Shown: piece by piece, positions 16,701-25,401 of the stretch
Layout of the letters: each line of letters begins with the position of its first letter
How positions within the stretch are numbered: position 1 is the stretch's first letter
The notes under the pieces: model-generated
What the model was told of the DNA's origin: nothing
What the model saw: only the letters and a program-made list of their open reading frames with translations
Database searches by the model: none
Virus record (IMG/VR): IMGVR_UViG_3300025101_000019
Location: 64,001-128,000 of that record
DNA length: 64,000 nucleotides
Source of the DNA: a virus
Direction: 5' to 3' (one strand)
Translations under genes and position numbers: made by a program

Positions 16701-16918
16701 TGTTTCCTACTGAATACTTGAACTAATACACAAATGAATCCCATGATAAATAATATAGGTTCAACAGTCCATTGACCTGCCATCAAGAATCCTGCTCCCA
16801 TGTATCCAACTCTTGATGACATTCTTTCCGCGGCAGTAAGCTTTCGTTCTTTAACGAGAGTCTCTAAAAACTTTCGCCATGCTTTTGCTCGTAAGGTCTT
16901 TTTCTTTTTAGATTTCAT
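16628..16918 (-). CDS. membrane protein
   Basis: Three short TM segments. Confidence 0.55.
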   Translation of the reverse strand: MKSKKKKTLRAKAWRKFLETLVKERKLTAAERMSSRVGYMGAGFLMAGQWTVEPILFIMGFICVLVQVFSRKQWNLVALQLNGLIAWTIHFVKTLM

Positions 16919-17498
16919 ATCCTAAATCTCTTCTAATATCTTTTTTAACAACTTGTAAATACTTCCATCGTTTCTTATCACTCACAAATGGTACAGACCA
17001 AAATTGTCTTGTCTTACGCCATCTTGAAAGTTTCCATCCGAATACAAATGTAAATACACCTAGCACCAATCTCAACTTGACTGAGTTGAGATATAAGGTT
17101 CTAACAGGTAGAGATGGTGCTCCATGTGTGATGTATGTTCTTACTTTCTTATCCTTAAGGAATGGTTTAGGATATGCATATAGTTTAGTAATGTTAATAA
17201 ACTTGTATGCGAATCCTGGAGTCAATACCTCATCAAAGAATACTTCCATTCGAGGTGTTAGTCTGAACCACCAAACAGGTGATATAAAATAAATTCTATC
17301 AGACCAAGTTACCAAGTCTTGGTAACCTTTCATTAATTCTTTTCTATCTTCCGAGTGGAAAGTATCTCGGTATAGGTCGATTACTTTTAGCTCTTCCTTA
17401 TCCTTATGCTTTCTCAGTTCTCGTTTAAGAGTCTTGAGAATACCATTGTAACAGAATGACTTCTTATCAGGATGTCCTATAACTATTAGATTCTTCAT
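16908..17498 (-). CDS. NAD(P)H-dependent oxidoreductase, flavodoxin-like fold
   Basis: GHPDKKSF, DLY, PVWWF, PGFAY. Confidence 0.85.
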   Translation of the reverse strand: MKNLIVIGHPDKKSFCYNGILKTLKRELRKHKDKEELKVIDLYRDTFHSEDRKELMKGYQDLVTWSDRIYFISPVWWFRLTPRMEVFFDEVLTPGFAYKFINITKLYAYPKPFLKDKKVRTYITHGAPSLPVRTLYLNSVKLRLVLGVFTFVFGWKLSRWRKTRQFWSVPFVSDKKRWKYLQVVKKDIRRDLGYEI

Positions 17499-18382
17499 TA
17501 GTTGTTTAAAGGTGCTTTGATTCTTGGGTGTGACTGATAGTTGATTAATTCATAATCAAACTCCCCATTCATTATATCTACATTAGATACCTTTAGTTGT
17601 GGCAAGTCGTAACCAATTCTTGTTATTTGTTCTTTTGCTTGTTCAATATGATTATTGTATATGTGTACATCACCCAACGAACCAATCAGTTGGCCAGGTT
17701 TGTATCCAGTTTCTTCACATAGTAATAGTAATAGTGTACCATACGATGCTATGTTGAAAGGTAACCCAAGGAAGACATCAACGCTTCGTTGATTCCATTT
17801 AAGTGATAACTTGTTTTCTGAGTCTACATAACATTGGAATCCATAATGACAGGGAGGTAGTTTCATTAAGGAAAGTTCTGAGACATTCCATGCGCTGACA
17901 AGGTGTCGTCTTCCATGTGGGTCTTCTTTCAATGATTTAATTAAGTTCTTAATTTGGTCATGACCATCCCAATCCTTCCATTGTTTACCATAGATAAACC
18001 CAAGGTTACCCCATTGTTTTGAGAAGCCATCATCCTCTAATATTTTTTGTTCGAATTCTTTGACATCATATTCAGGTTCTTCTAAGTCCCAATGATGTAC
18101 TCGTTCATATACTTTGTATGCATCGCCAGTCCAGATGTGACAATTGTTTTGTAACAAGTATCTCAAATCAGTCCTACCTTTTAAGAACCATTTAAGTTCA
18201 GTCATTACAGATTTGACTGCCATCTTCTTGGTAGTTAACAAAGGAAATCCATCACACATACAATGTCTGATTGTGTAATCAAATAAAGATTTAGTTCCGT
18301 AGCCAGTTCTGTCGGGCTTATCGTAACCGATATCTAAAATTTCATCTATTAGGTCTATGTATTGACTATCTATTCTATTCAT
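17498..18382 (-). CDS. thyA: thymidylate synthase
   Basis: DRTG, FPLLTTKK, YGKQW, LPPCH, QRSVDVFLGLPFNIASY, DVHIY. Confidence 0.97.
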   Translation of the reverse strand: MNRIDSQYIDLIDEILDIGYDKPDRTGYGTKSLFDYTIRHCMCDGFPLLTTKKMAVKSVMTELKWFLKGRTDLRYLLQNNCHIWTGDAYKVYERVHHWDLEEPEYDVKEFEQKILEDDGFSKQWGNLGFIYGKQWKDWDGHDQIKNLIKSLKEDPHGRRHLVSAWNVSELSLMKLPPCHYGFQCYVDSENKLSLKWNQRSVDVFLGLPFNIASYGTLLLLLCEETGYKPGQLIGSLGDVHIYNNHIEQAKEQITRIGYDLPQLKVSNVDIMNGEFDYELINYQSHPRIKAPLNN

Positions 18383-18400
18383 GATTCTATATTACATTGT

Positions 18401-18432
18401 GTAATATACAAATTTATTTTGACTTATCCAAA
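18401..18432 (-). promoter_or_regulatory. Bacteroidota-type promoter for thyA
   Basis: TTTGG-N19-TATATTAC. Confidence 0.7.
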
Positions 18433-18433
18433 T

Positions 18434-18712
18434 TTATTTTTGGTTTTTTGATTTGAATCTTTTTGCTTCAGATGTTTTACTATGTTTAGTCTTTCTACCC
18501 TTGACTCTTTTACGCCATCTTTCAAACGAACTCCTCTTCAGATTCTCTCTCATAATCTTACGGACATCATTCTCTTTGATTCCGAACTGATGTTCAATTG
18601 CCTCAAAGGGAGTCCTATCTTCCCATGCCATTTCTATGATTCTATCTATATCTAAAGTGTAACTCATAACCGATGATAGTCCCGAGTAGGAACAATTAAA
18701 TTTTGATTCCAT
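18434..18712 (-). CDS. TIGR03643/DUF2805 family protein
   Basis: IDRIIEMAWEDRTPFEAI...WRKRV.GR.TKH. Confidence 0.85.
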   Translation of the reverse strand: MESKFNCSYSGLSSVMSYTLDIDRIIEMAWEDRTPFEAIEHQFGIKENDVRKIMRENLKRSSFERWRKRVKGRKTKHSKTSEAKRFKSKNQK

Positions 18713-18887
18713 GTTTCTTTTTATATTTTTCTAAGAATGATTCACCAACTCCGACATCTAATATCTTACTACCGATTGGTATCTTTGTACTACGAGGAGC
18801 CAGTAACTTATCGACATGAATGTCGAATGACTCTACTCTAACCTTCCTACCTCGTGGTGGAATGTATGCTACTATTGTTTTATTCAT
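18696..18887 (-). CDS. hypothetical protein
   Basis: ORF in gene string. Confidence 0.55.
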   Translation of the reverse strand: MNKTIVAYIPPRGRKVRVESFDIHVDKLLAPRSTKIPIGSKILDVGVGESFLEKYKKKHGIKI

Positions 18888-19162
18888 AAGTGTTTATTTT
18901 CTAAATGAATTATTTTTCCTAAATGAAGTTCCCACTTGTCTGTAAGTTTTTTATCGATACACTCGACTACCATATGTGTGGGGTTCTTGTGATATGCGTA
19001 CTGAAAGTATATGTACTTGATATGTTTATCTTTCAGCCGTTTAGTCCAATAGGGTGTGTTGTCTCTGTACTCTATTGGTTTAGTCCCATTCATGATTCTT
19101 TCAAATGGGTCTCTCATCAAAACTAAATGTAAAACTTCTTTATCTTTCCAAATCATTTCCAA
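18884..19162 (-). CDS. ASCH-domain protein
   Basis: LHLVL...FERIMNGTKPIEYR..TPYW.KRL. Confidence 0.75.
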   Translation of the reverse strand: MEMIWKDKEVLHLVLMRDPFERIMNGTKPIEYRDNTPYWTKRLKDKHIKYIYFQYAYHKNPTHMVVECIDKKLTDKWELHLGKIIHLENKHL

Positions 19163-19389
19163 GGTAGCATTGTCATGCCGATTTTATTTAGTAAGGTTTC
19201 TAATATACAGAAGAATAACATTCCTACTCCTACTTGCCACATCCACCATTTCCATCCTGTTAGTCCTAATGACCATTTACGAATTGGTGACTTCATCGCC
19301 CATTCATATAGACCAGACCTTTCACCAATCTTGGTTGCCCAATAATTAGGGTCAACTATGTTCTGTATCCGTTCTAATATTTTTTTCAT
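19153..19389 (-). CDS. small Trp-rich membrane protein
   Basis: Hydrophobic C-terminal half. Confidence 0.5.
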   Translation of the reverse strand: MKKILERIQNIVDPNYWATKIGERSGLYEWAMKSPIRKWSLGLTGWKWWMWQVGVGMLFFCILETLLNKIGMTMLPWK

Positions 19390-19508
19390 TTCTTTTTCTT
19401 TTTTGGAATTACATTTCCGTTCTCGTCAACCTCAGGTGCGATTTTCATTTCATAAAAAATCCATAACCAAATAACACCTAATGTTATAAATACTACTTTT
19501 GCCATAAT

Positions 19509-19925
19509 CTAATCTTTGTATCTTTTTTTCTTTGGTTGGAATATAGGTATCGTTACCGACATACTTATTCCACCAAGACCTGTTGCGAATATATCTCTTT
19601 CATCGAAATCACCACCCCTTATATTATCAAGTAATTCTTTTGCAACTCCTGCAGCCAATGATGTACATAAGCCAGTTATCATCGCCCTCTTTTTATCTTG
19701 ATGTTTATTGTAAGACCATGTGTAACCTAATGCTGATGTAACTACCCCTGCACTAAAGTGTAATTGTTTATCATTTTCTTTTAACAATACAAATGGATTG
19801 TATGTTGTTTGACCAAACATTGTGGTCTTAATAAATAATATAAGTGTGATTATGAATAGTGTTCTCAAGATGATTGCCCCTATTTGTTTGAGATTCACCA
19901 TAACTTGTTTATTATATATATTCAC
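19509..19925 (-). CDS. YfiM/DUF2279-like membrane protein
   Basis: DKQLHFSAG...GVAKELLD...FDERDIFAT. Confidence 0.65.
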   Translation of the reverse strand: MNIYNKQVMVNLKQIGAIILRTLFIITLILFIKTTMFGQTTYNPFVLLKENDKQLHFSAGVVTSALGYTWSYNKHQDKKRAMITGLCTSLAAGVAKELLDNIRGGDFDERDIFATGLGGISMSVTIPIFQPKKKRYKD

Positions 19926-19968
19926 TTTTCGTTATTACTATTTGTTAATATAAAATTTTTTATATAAA

Positions 19969-20029
19969 AACTCTACCCCCTGCGCGTAGTATCATTTCAT
20001 CACCTGTGACGACTTACGGGGTTCGAGTT
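19969..20029 (-). ncRNA. candidate small structured RNA or long terminator hairpin
   Basis: Nested AACTC/GAGTT, ACCCC/GGGGT, GTA/TAC and TCGTCA/TGATGA pairings in a GC-rich intergenic island. Confidence 0.4.
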
Positions 20030-20044
20030 AAAGTTTGTTTATTC

Positions 20045-20236
20045 TTATAGTTCGTTTATCTGTCCTTGGCCAGTCCTATCTACCTTGAAACCAATAACAG
20101 GTTTGTATCCAGTCAACTTGTTTTGATGTTGCTGAATCAGTTGTTTAGTTAGTACTAACTTCTCAACATCCTTTTCCGTTTCTATCCAATCCATGAATAG
20201 TTTAGTTAACATATAATTCTTAATTGTTTTAATCAT
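20045..20236 (-). CDS. hypothetical protein
   Basis: ORF in gene string. Confidence 0.55.
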   Translation of the reverse strand: MIKTIKNYMLTKLFMDWIETEKDVEKLVLTKQLIQQHQNKLTGYKPVIGFKVDRTGQGQINEL

Positions 20237-20339
20237 AATTTTTAATTTTTATTTATAGTGTTCGTCTAATAACATCATAGCGACCTCTTCACTAATCATG
20301 TTTTCGTTATATAGTTTCCAAATTAATTTTGTCATAATA

Positions 20340-20738
20340 TTAAATAAATAATTTGTAATCCTTTTCAGCTTTGGTAGCCGCTACCTCATATGGGTGAGAC
20401 ACATAGTCGTGACCCATATTGTAATATCTCTTAAACCAAATTGGTGATTGTAGATAATGTTGGTACTCGTGAATCAGAGTCTCGACTATCATCTTTCTAC
20501 TTTTCATATTAGGATAGTAGATAGTAATCTCATTCATCATTGAACAATACTCAGCGTGACAACCATCCTCATCACCTTGAGCACCTTCTTCACCACTATA
20601 CTTTTCGTATATGTTTTTGTGAAGTTCTACATAAGGAGTACATTCTTGAAACTTGGAAAAGCCATAATGCTTTTCAATCTTAGGATAAATTTCCTCAATT
20701 ATCTGTTTTACTTTTTTTTCTGTCATAGACTTAATCAT
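20340..20738 (-). CDS. HExxH zinc metallopeptidase-like protein
   Basis: TLIHEYQHYLQ...HPYEVAA. Confidence 0.75.
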   Translation of the reverse strand: MIKSMTEKKVKQIIEEIYPKIEKHYGFSKFQECTPYVELHKNIYEKYSGEEGAQGDEDGCHAEYCSMMNEITIYYPNMKSRKMIVETLIHEYQHYLQSPIWFKRYYNMGHDYVSHPYEVAATKAEKDYKLFI

Positions 20739-20748
20739 TATTACAATA

Positions 20749-20804
20749 TAAAAGTACGCAAAACATTTGACTTTTCCAAATTTTCAATGTTAAGAAATTG
20801 TTAA
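20749..20804 (-). promoter_or_regulatory. promoter with TTAACA-N5-TTAACA repeat
   Basis: Repeat 20788-20804, 7 nt gap, TTTGG-N19-TACTTTTA. Confidence 0.8.
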
Positions 20805-22201
20805 ATTTTGCCTACAATCTTTGGACCTGATAGAGGCATCTCTACATAACCAAACTCTGGATACCTAAGTAGGTGTTCCATCTCGTCATAGTAAACCTTG
20901 TCCAAGTGTTGTGGTCTCGTTAACCTCATCCATAACTTAGTCCAGTTCTTCTGATTCTTAATCGTGTTGTGATATACAACTACTTTGATTCGAGTCTGTA
21001 CTGACTTACCACTAGCGATTCTCTGAACTTGTTCATTAATGTACTTGTCCATCCATCTATCAAGAGTCGGTGCACCCGATGCGCCATAGATAACAAACAC
21101 ATCATCGTTAGTTAGTCTTGCAACTTTCTTCAAGACTAAATCCTTGTGAGTGTCTTCGTAATCATAAACCATTTGATTACTATCTTCCAACAACTTCTTG
21201 TCGAGGTTGTCTTGTACTTTGTCAAATACACCATCAACTTGTCCTGATGTTAATCCCATCAACATGAATCGTTGTCTCATACCAATAGTCTTCCACGAGT
21301 GTCCTGCCTTGTGGTGTTCCATACACTCATCAATAGCATCTTGTTTACTGAATGACTTACCTACATTAAAGTCTGCGTTGAGGTTATTACCTAACATCTG
21401 AACTTCAGTCTCTTGCATCAGAGAGTGAATGTCCTCATCAAGTATGAGACACTTTATCATAGTGTTCTCGGTGTGACCGATGTTCTCATCTCTCGTCTTC
21501 CAATATGCAGTCCTTGTGTGATTACCACTAATAAGGATTAACTCATGAAACTGACCATTGATAGTGACATCCTTTAATAATACAGGCATATCGTAGTTAC
21601 CGATTTTGTTTCTTAACCTATCAACAATCTTTGATAGATTGTCGTGGTCTATCTCAAGTTTACGAACTTGCCACTTACCTACATGGTACAAATCCTTGAC
21701 AGACATTTCAACAATGTGTGTCTCGTTAATGTATTCAAGTTCTGAATCTAAGATGAGGTTGGTGTGTTTACGAAAGTCATCGATTTCTACCATCAACCTA
21801 TTTACTAACTTCATGTTCAGTTCCTTCTTACCAGGATGACCATTGTGTTTGTTGTAGTACTTAGGGTTGTTCTTAGCGTCAACCTTTGTCAACAACTCAT
21901 ACTCAACTTGTTTACACTCTTCTACCGAACCCCAATATAGGATATGGTATTCGAATAAACCAACTGCGTCACTTGCGAGAAGTTCTTTGAACACTTTGTT
22001 AGTAGATGATGTACCATAGAGTTTGTTACCTTCTTTGTGGTAACCAATGTAAATCATCTTGTCTTGTGTATTGACTATCATATACACATAAGAGTTACAA
22101 CCATTTTTTGTACGAGGCCCTTCAGGTCGTAAGAAGATTTCGGGCCTTGTGGTATCGTCAAACATTAGTTCGAGATTCCACCCATTAGCTGTTCTAGCCA
22201 T
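20801..22201 (-). CDS. GIY-YIG (Seg-like) nuclease fused to a ParB-like domain
   Basis: YVYMIVN...IYIGYH...E...YYN at the N-terminus; WQVR...PVLL...ISGNHT centrally. Confidence 0.7.
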   Translation of the reverse strand: MARTANGWNLELMFDDTTRPEIFLRPEGPRTKNGCNSYVYMIVNTQDKMIYIGYHKEGNKLYGTSSTNKVFKELLASDAVGLFEYHILYWGSVEECKQVEYELLTKVDAKNNPKYYNKHNGHPGKKELNMKLVNRLMVEIDDFRKHTNLILDSELEYINETHIVEMSVKDLYHVGKWQVRKLEIDHDNLSKIVDRLRNKIGNYDMPVLLKDVTINGQFHELILISGNHTRTAYWKTRDENIGHTENTMIKCLILDEDIHSLMQETEVQMLGNNLNADFNVGKSFSKQDAIDECMEHHKAGHSWKTIGMRQRFMLMGLTSGQVDGVFDKVQDNLDKKLLEDSNQMVYDYEDTHKDLVLKKVARLTNDDVFVIYGASGAPTLDRWMDKYINEQVQRIASGKSVQTRIKVVVYHNTIKNQKNWTKLWMRLTRPQHLDKVYYDEMEHLLRYPEFGYVEMPLSGPKIVGKI

Positions 22202-22255
22202 AATTTAAGTATTAAAATTTATAATTAACCGCCTGCCTTTCTGACAAACTTAGTA

Positions 22256-22287
22256 CTAATATACAACAATAAAATTTAACTGGCAAG
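22256..22287 (-). promoter_or_regulatory. Bacteroidota-type promoter
   Basis: CTTGC-N19-TATATTAG. Confidence 0.65.
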
Positions 22288-22291
22288 CTTT

Positions 22292-22630
22292 TTAGATAAA
22301 ACTTTTAAATAAAGTTGAGGTGTGACCTTCTTCCCATCCTTTATCTTTATAAAACTGATGTGTAGTAGGAAGGCAATATGTAATTACTTTATATCCTTTT
22401 AGATTTTCTTGACACCATTCCCATCTTGCATCCCACAACATTCTGTAAATACCATTACCTCGGTACTTCTCTTCTACATATGCGTTTGCGAACTTGATGG
22501 TATTGTCAGATAAGAATAATAGAGAGTTCCAACCAATAGCTTGATTGTTATATAACGCAATCCATCCACACTCGTCCTTCGGAGTGGGTACAGACTCGGG
22601 CAACTTGTAGGGTACTATCGTTATATTCAT
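22292..22630 (-). CDS. GNAT acetyltransferase
   Basis: YVEEKYRGNGIY...FYKDKGW. Confidence 0.8.
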   Translation of the reverse strand: MNITIVPYKLPESVPTPKDECGWIALYNNQAIGWNSLLFLSDNTIKFANAYVEEKYRGNGIYRMLWDARWEWCQENLKGYKVITYCLPTTHQFYKDKGWEEGHTSTLFKSFI

Positions 22631-22687
22631 TCTCGTTTCTCATAAAGAAATAAATATATGGAAAAGTTATTAACAGGTTATTAACAA

Positions 22688-23557
22688 TTAGTTTCCACCT
22701 CTTTTACTCGAAGATACATTTGAACGCCCACCTGATGACCTTGAACTATTATTTCTTATAACAGGAGTACTCGTGTTTATCCTTGTTGGATTTTGACGAG
22801 GTGTCCAATTGTTGTTATTGTTGTTCGATGGTGGATTAACTCTGATGTTGTTATTAGTATCAGTTGGTTTTATATATCGAGTCCCATCTTGAGGAACTAC
22901 ATAATTGTTTACAGGAATGTTATTGTCCCTGCTCCATCTGATAACATTATTGATTTCTCTATTTGCATTTGAGTTAGGTCTTACTCTGTTAACTCTATTA
23001 GTGTCTTGGATGTTTTGGATTCGAGAACCTCTATATCCATTTACAAATGAATAGTTAGTTGATGCAATCAATGGTTCTGTATAATGAGAGTATCCGTAAT
23101 GATTCCAACTATACCAACCTTGTGGATGTGGATAATACCATTGGTAGTATCGGTGATGTCTAACACGATATGGATGATAGTATCCAAACCAAGGATAGTT
23201 AAACGCCCAATCGTTCCAGTATTGGTGTGAATTAAAATAAAAATCAAAAGATGTTTGAGGATACCATATACCATTATAACGAGGATGTCTATTATACCAA
23301 TACATAGAGTAAGGTTGATTACTCATATACTGAGCAAAGTCCCATCTAAAGTTAAAATCAGTTCTTAGTTTTCTTCTCAGTTGAAATAGATTAGATATAG
23401 TATCTATCTTTGTTGAATCAGGAACTACAATAGTATAATCGTTAGTTCTGTAAATACCATCAATGTTACCAGCGGTGTTAAGAGTACTATATTGAAATTG
23501 TAATCCACAACCACTTAGTAACAAGACGATAAAAATAAGTTGAATAAGCTTTCTCAT
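22688..23557 (-). CDS. lipoprotein with Tyr/Trp-rich core and N/R/S low-complexity tail
   Basis: Lipobox LLSGC, aromatic-rich middle, disordered tail. Confidence 0.65.
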   Translation of the reverse strand: MRKLIQLIFIVLLLSGCGLQFQYSTLNTAGNIDGIYRTNDYTIVVPDSTKIDTISNLFQLRRKLRTDFNFRWDFAQYMSNQPYSMYWYNRHPRYNGIWYPQTSFDFYFNSHQYWNDWAFNYPWFGYYHPYRVRHHRYYQWYYPHPQGWYSWNHYGYSHYTEPLIASTNYSFVNGYRGSRIQNIQDTNRVNRVRPNSNANREINNVIRWSRDNNIPVNNYVVPQDGTRYIKPTDTNNNIRVNPPSNNNNNNWTPRQNPTRINTSTPVIRNNSSRSSGGRSNVSSSKRGGN

Positions 23558-23585
23558 ATAATGATAAATATGAGAATTTTATTAA

Positions 23586-23765
23586 TTACATCTTAAAGGT
23601 AAGAATGTTAGACTTTAAACTATAAGATTTAGCAGGTACACCAAATCGCCAGAAACAATACTTTGTTGCCTCATCCACTTCGGACTTTGTTATGTTACCT
23701 ACCTTCTTATACATTACCACCTTTTTAGACTTCGGCTTCCAAGTTACATTTACACCTTTTAGCAT
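23586..23765 (-). CDS. 59-aa hypothetical protein
   Basis: Hand-translated MLKGVNVTWKPKSKK...NILTFKM fills the gap. Confidence 0.45.
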   Translation of the reverse strand: MLKGVNVTWKPKSKKVVMYKKVGNITKSEVDEATKYCFWRFGVPAKSYSLKSNILTFKM

Positions 23766-23816
23766 ATTATTGATTTATTAATTGACATCTCATTATGGGG
23801 AGATGAATACCCTTAG

Positions 23817-23902
23817 TACCGATGGGCGGATTCGAACCGCCACGAACATTACTGCTCAAAGGATTTTAAGTCCTTCGTGTCTACCAGTTTCACCACATCG
23901 GC
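23817..23902 (-). tRNA. tRNA-Leu(TAA)
   Basis: GCCGATGTGGTGAAACTGGTAGAC...CT TAA AA, long variable arm, GTTCGAATC. Confidence 0.95.
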
Positions 23903-23910
23903 ATCTCGTG

Positions 23911-23984
23911 TGTTCCCAAGAGGACTCGAACCTCTGACCTATCCGTTATGAGCGGAGTGCTCTAACCAACTGAGCTATGAGAAC
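23911..23984 (-). tRNA. tRNA with CAT anticodon (Ile2 or elongator Met)
   Basis: CT CAT AA loop; G1-C72 paired so not an initiator. Confidence 0.9.
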
Positions 23985-23995
23985 GACAACGATAG

Positions 23996-24069
23996 TGAAC
24001 GAGACAGGATTCGAACCTGTGACCGTCTGCTTAGAAGGCAGATGCTCTATCCAACTGAGCTACTCGTCC
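23996..24069 (-). tRNA. tRNA-Arg(TCT)
   Basis: GGACGAGTAGCTCAGTTGGATAGAGC...CT TCT AA...GTTCGAATC. Confidence 0.95.
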
Positions 24070-24176
24070 ATGATTTCAAAGAACAAAAATTGTGTGGACA
24101 TCAAAGATACTAATACTACTACATAGGTATAGACTAATAATAATCCAGCTAACAATTATAAGGTATAGTATATAGA

Positions 24177-24380
24177 CTAATAAAACATTCTATTCCAAGT
24201 TAACCAAGAAGGTTCACTAACCTTAACTCCACCTCTAAGGACAATACATCTGTTACCATCCTTACTCACACTAACCAACTTATTGTCTCCACAATAGTCT
24301 TGACCGATAGCAGCTCTTAACTCTCCTATCTTATCAAACCCATCAATAGGGTCACTTATACTTAAATTTATCATATTCAT
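24177..24380 (-). CDS. hypothetical protein
   Basis: Start reset downstream of promoter 24416-24471. Confidence 0.55.
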   Translation of the reverse strand: MNMINLSISDPIDGFDKIGELRAAIGQDYCGDNKLVSVSKDGNRCIVLRGGVKVSEPSWLTWNRMFY

Positions 24381-24415
24381 TCGTTTAAAGGTTTTACTCT
24401 CACTCATTAACAATA

Positions 24416-24471
24416 CTAAGATACGCAAACAATTCCCAAATTCCAAACTTTTAATGTTAAATAATTGTTAA
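24416..24471 (-). promoter_or_regulatory. promoter with TTAACA-N5-TTAACA repeat
   Basis: Repeat 24455-24471, 7 nt gap, TTTGG-N19-TATCTTAG. Confidence 0.8.
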
Positions 24472-24883
24472 GTTTTCAACAAAGTTATTAACATTATACA
24501 GAATGAGGCAAAAGAAAGGTGGCTAATTCAGTAGAATACTGGCTCAGAGGGGACTTTCCTATGGACTAAAAAACCGACCCCGGTATAAGAACGGCTCACA
24601 GGCGACTGTAACTTGCTGATTACCAGTGGATTACACGAAAATACCCGCCCCCTTCGCTCAGTCACATGCGTTCCTTCGCTCCGTAGGCCTGTGATTTCCC
24701 CCTTGGGTTGTCCTACCTCATCTGGCTCAGAGGCCTGAATAGGGTTAAATAAGGTTAAATTCGGGCTTGGGTGTCTCTCCCTATACCTATGTATCCGTAT
24801 ATACTGGCTTTTTTAGCTACTTTTTTTTTATATCACTTTTGCTTTTAGTGTCACCGCAGGGTTTTTTAAACCAGGCCCCCCCA

Positions 24884-24928
24884 TAAAGATACGAAAAATA
24901 TTTTAAATGGCCAAATAAAAAGTGTTAA
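24884..24928 (-). promoter_or_regulatory. promoter with a single TTAACA half-site, firing into non-coding DNA
   Basis: TTAACA, 7 nt gap, TTTGG-N19-TATCTTTA. Confidence 0.65.
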
Positions 24929-24940
24929 ATCGGCAATAAA

Positions 24941-25019
24941 GTTATCAACATGACACGATGTCAGTTGCGTTGAGGGCAAAGTTATTAACAATTTTATTAA
25001 CAATTTAAAGTTATTAACA
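24941..25019 (+). repeat. cluster of TTAT(T/C)AACA DnaA-box-like nonamers
   Basis: Copies at 24942, 24982, 24994, 25011; related copies at 24473, 24485, 22667, 22678. Confidence 0.55.
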
Positions 25020-25401
25020 ATTAAATGCTAACAGTATGACATAATGTCCGACTTATCAGGCGGTGACATAACCCCTTGAGCGTCAACGCTTTAAGCCCTT
25101 TTACTTAAAGTATCCCTCGAACATGACAATATGACCGAATTTTTATGGCTAAAAAGGGCAAAATACACCCCAAAAATACTTTTTCCTCAGGAAATTTTGG
25201 TTTGCCGCGAGAAACGGACTTGTGCCTGTCTATAATTGTGGTAAATTTAGACCCATAGGGGTTATCTAAGTAGAGTTTAACAGAATTGTGGGAAATCTTA
25301 ATGATTTAGCGCTGAAATCCCTTTACCTCATCTTATCCCTCATCTTCCAATAAAGAAATAGACGCATTAAATAAGGTTAAAATTATTCGGTGTTTACCAT
25401 T

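Noticed and set aside
17498-18382. ThyA homolog as a DNA hypermodification enzyme
   Set aside because: It retains canonical dUMP-specific motifs (PPCH, RSxD, PFN), so it is an ordinary thymidylate synthase.
19969-20029. Hammerhead ribozyme or C/D box (TGATGA, GAAA)
   Set aside because: Lacks the CUGANGA core with three stems, and lacks a D box.
1567-23274. Same-strand nested ORFs 1567-1815, 9446-9706 and 23068-23274
   Set aside because: Alternative-frame by-products of biased or low-complexity coding sequence, with no independent support.
24551-24603. AGGAAAGTCC (RNase P-like) on the minus strand and AGAACGGCTCAC on the plus strand
   Set aside because: The two RNase P signature halves are on opposite strands, so P4 cannot form.
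24490-24883. tmRNA candidate (starts GGGG)
   Set aside because: No tRNA-Ala-like 3' end with T-arm and CCA, and no tag frame ending in an AA-type motif.
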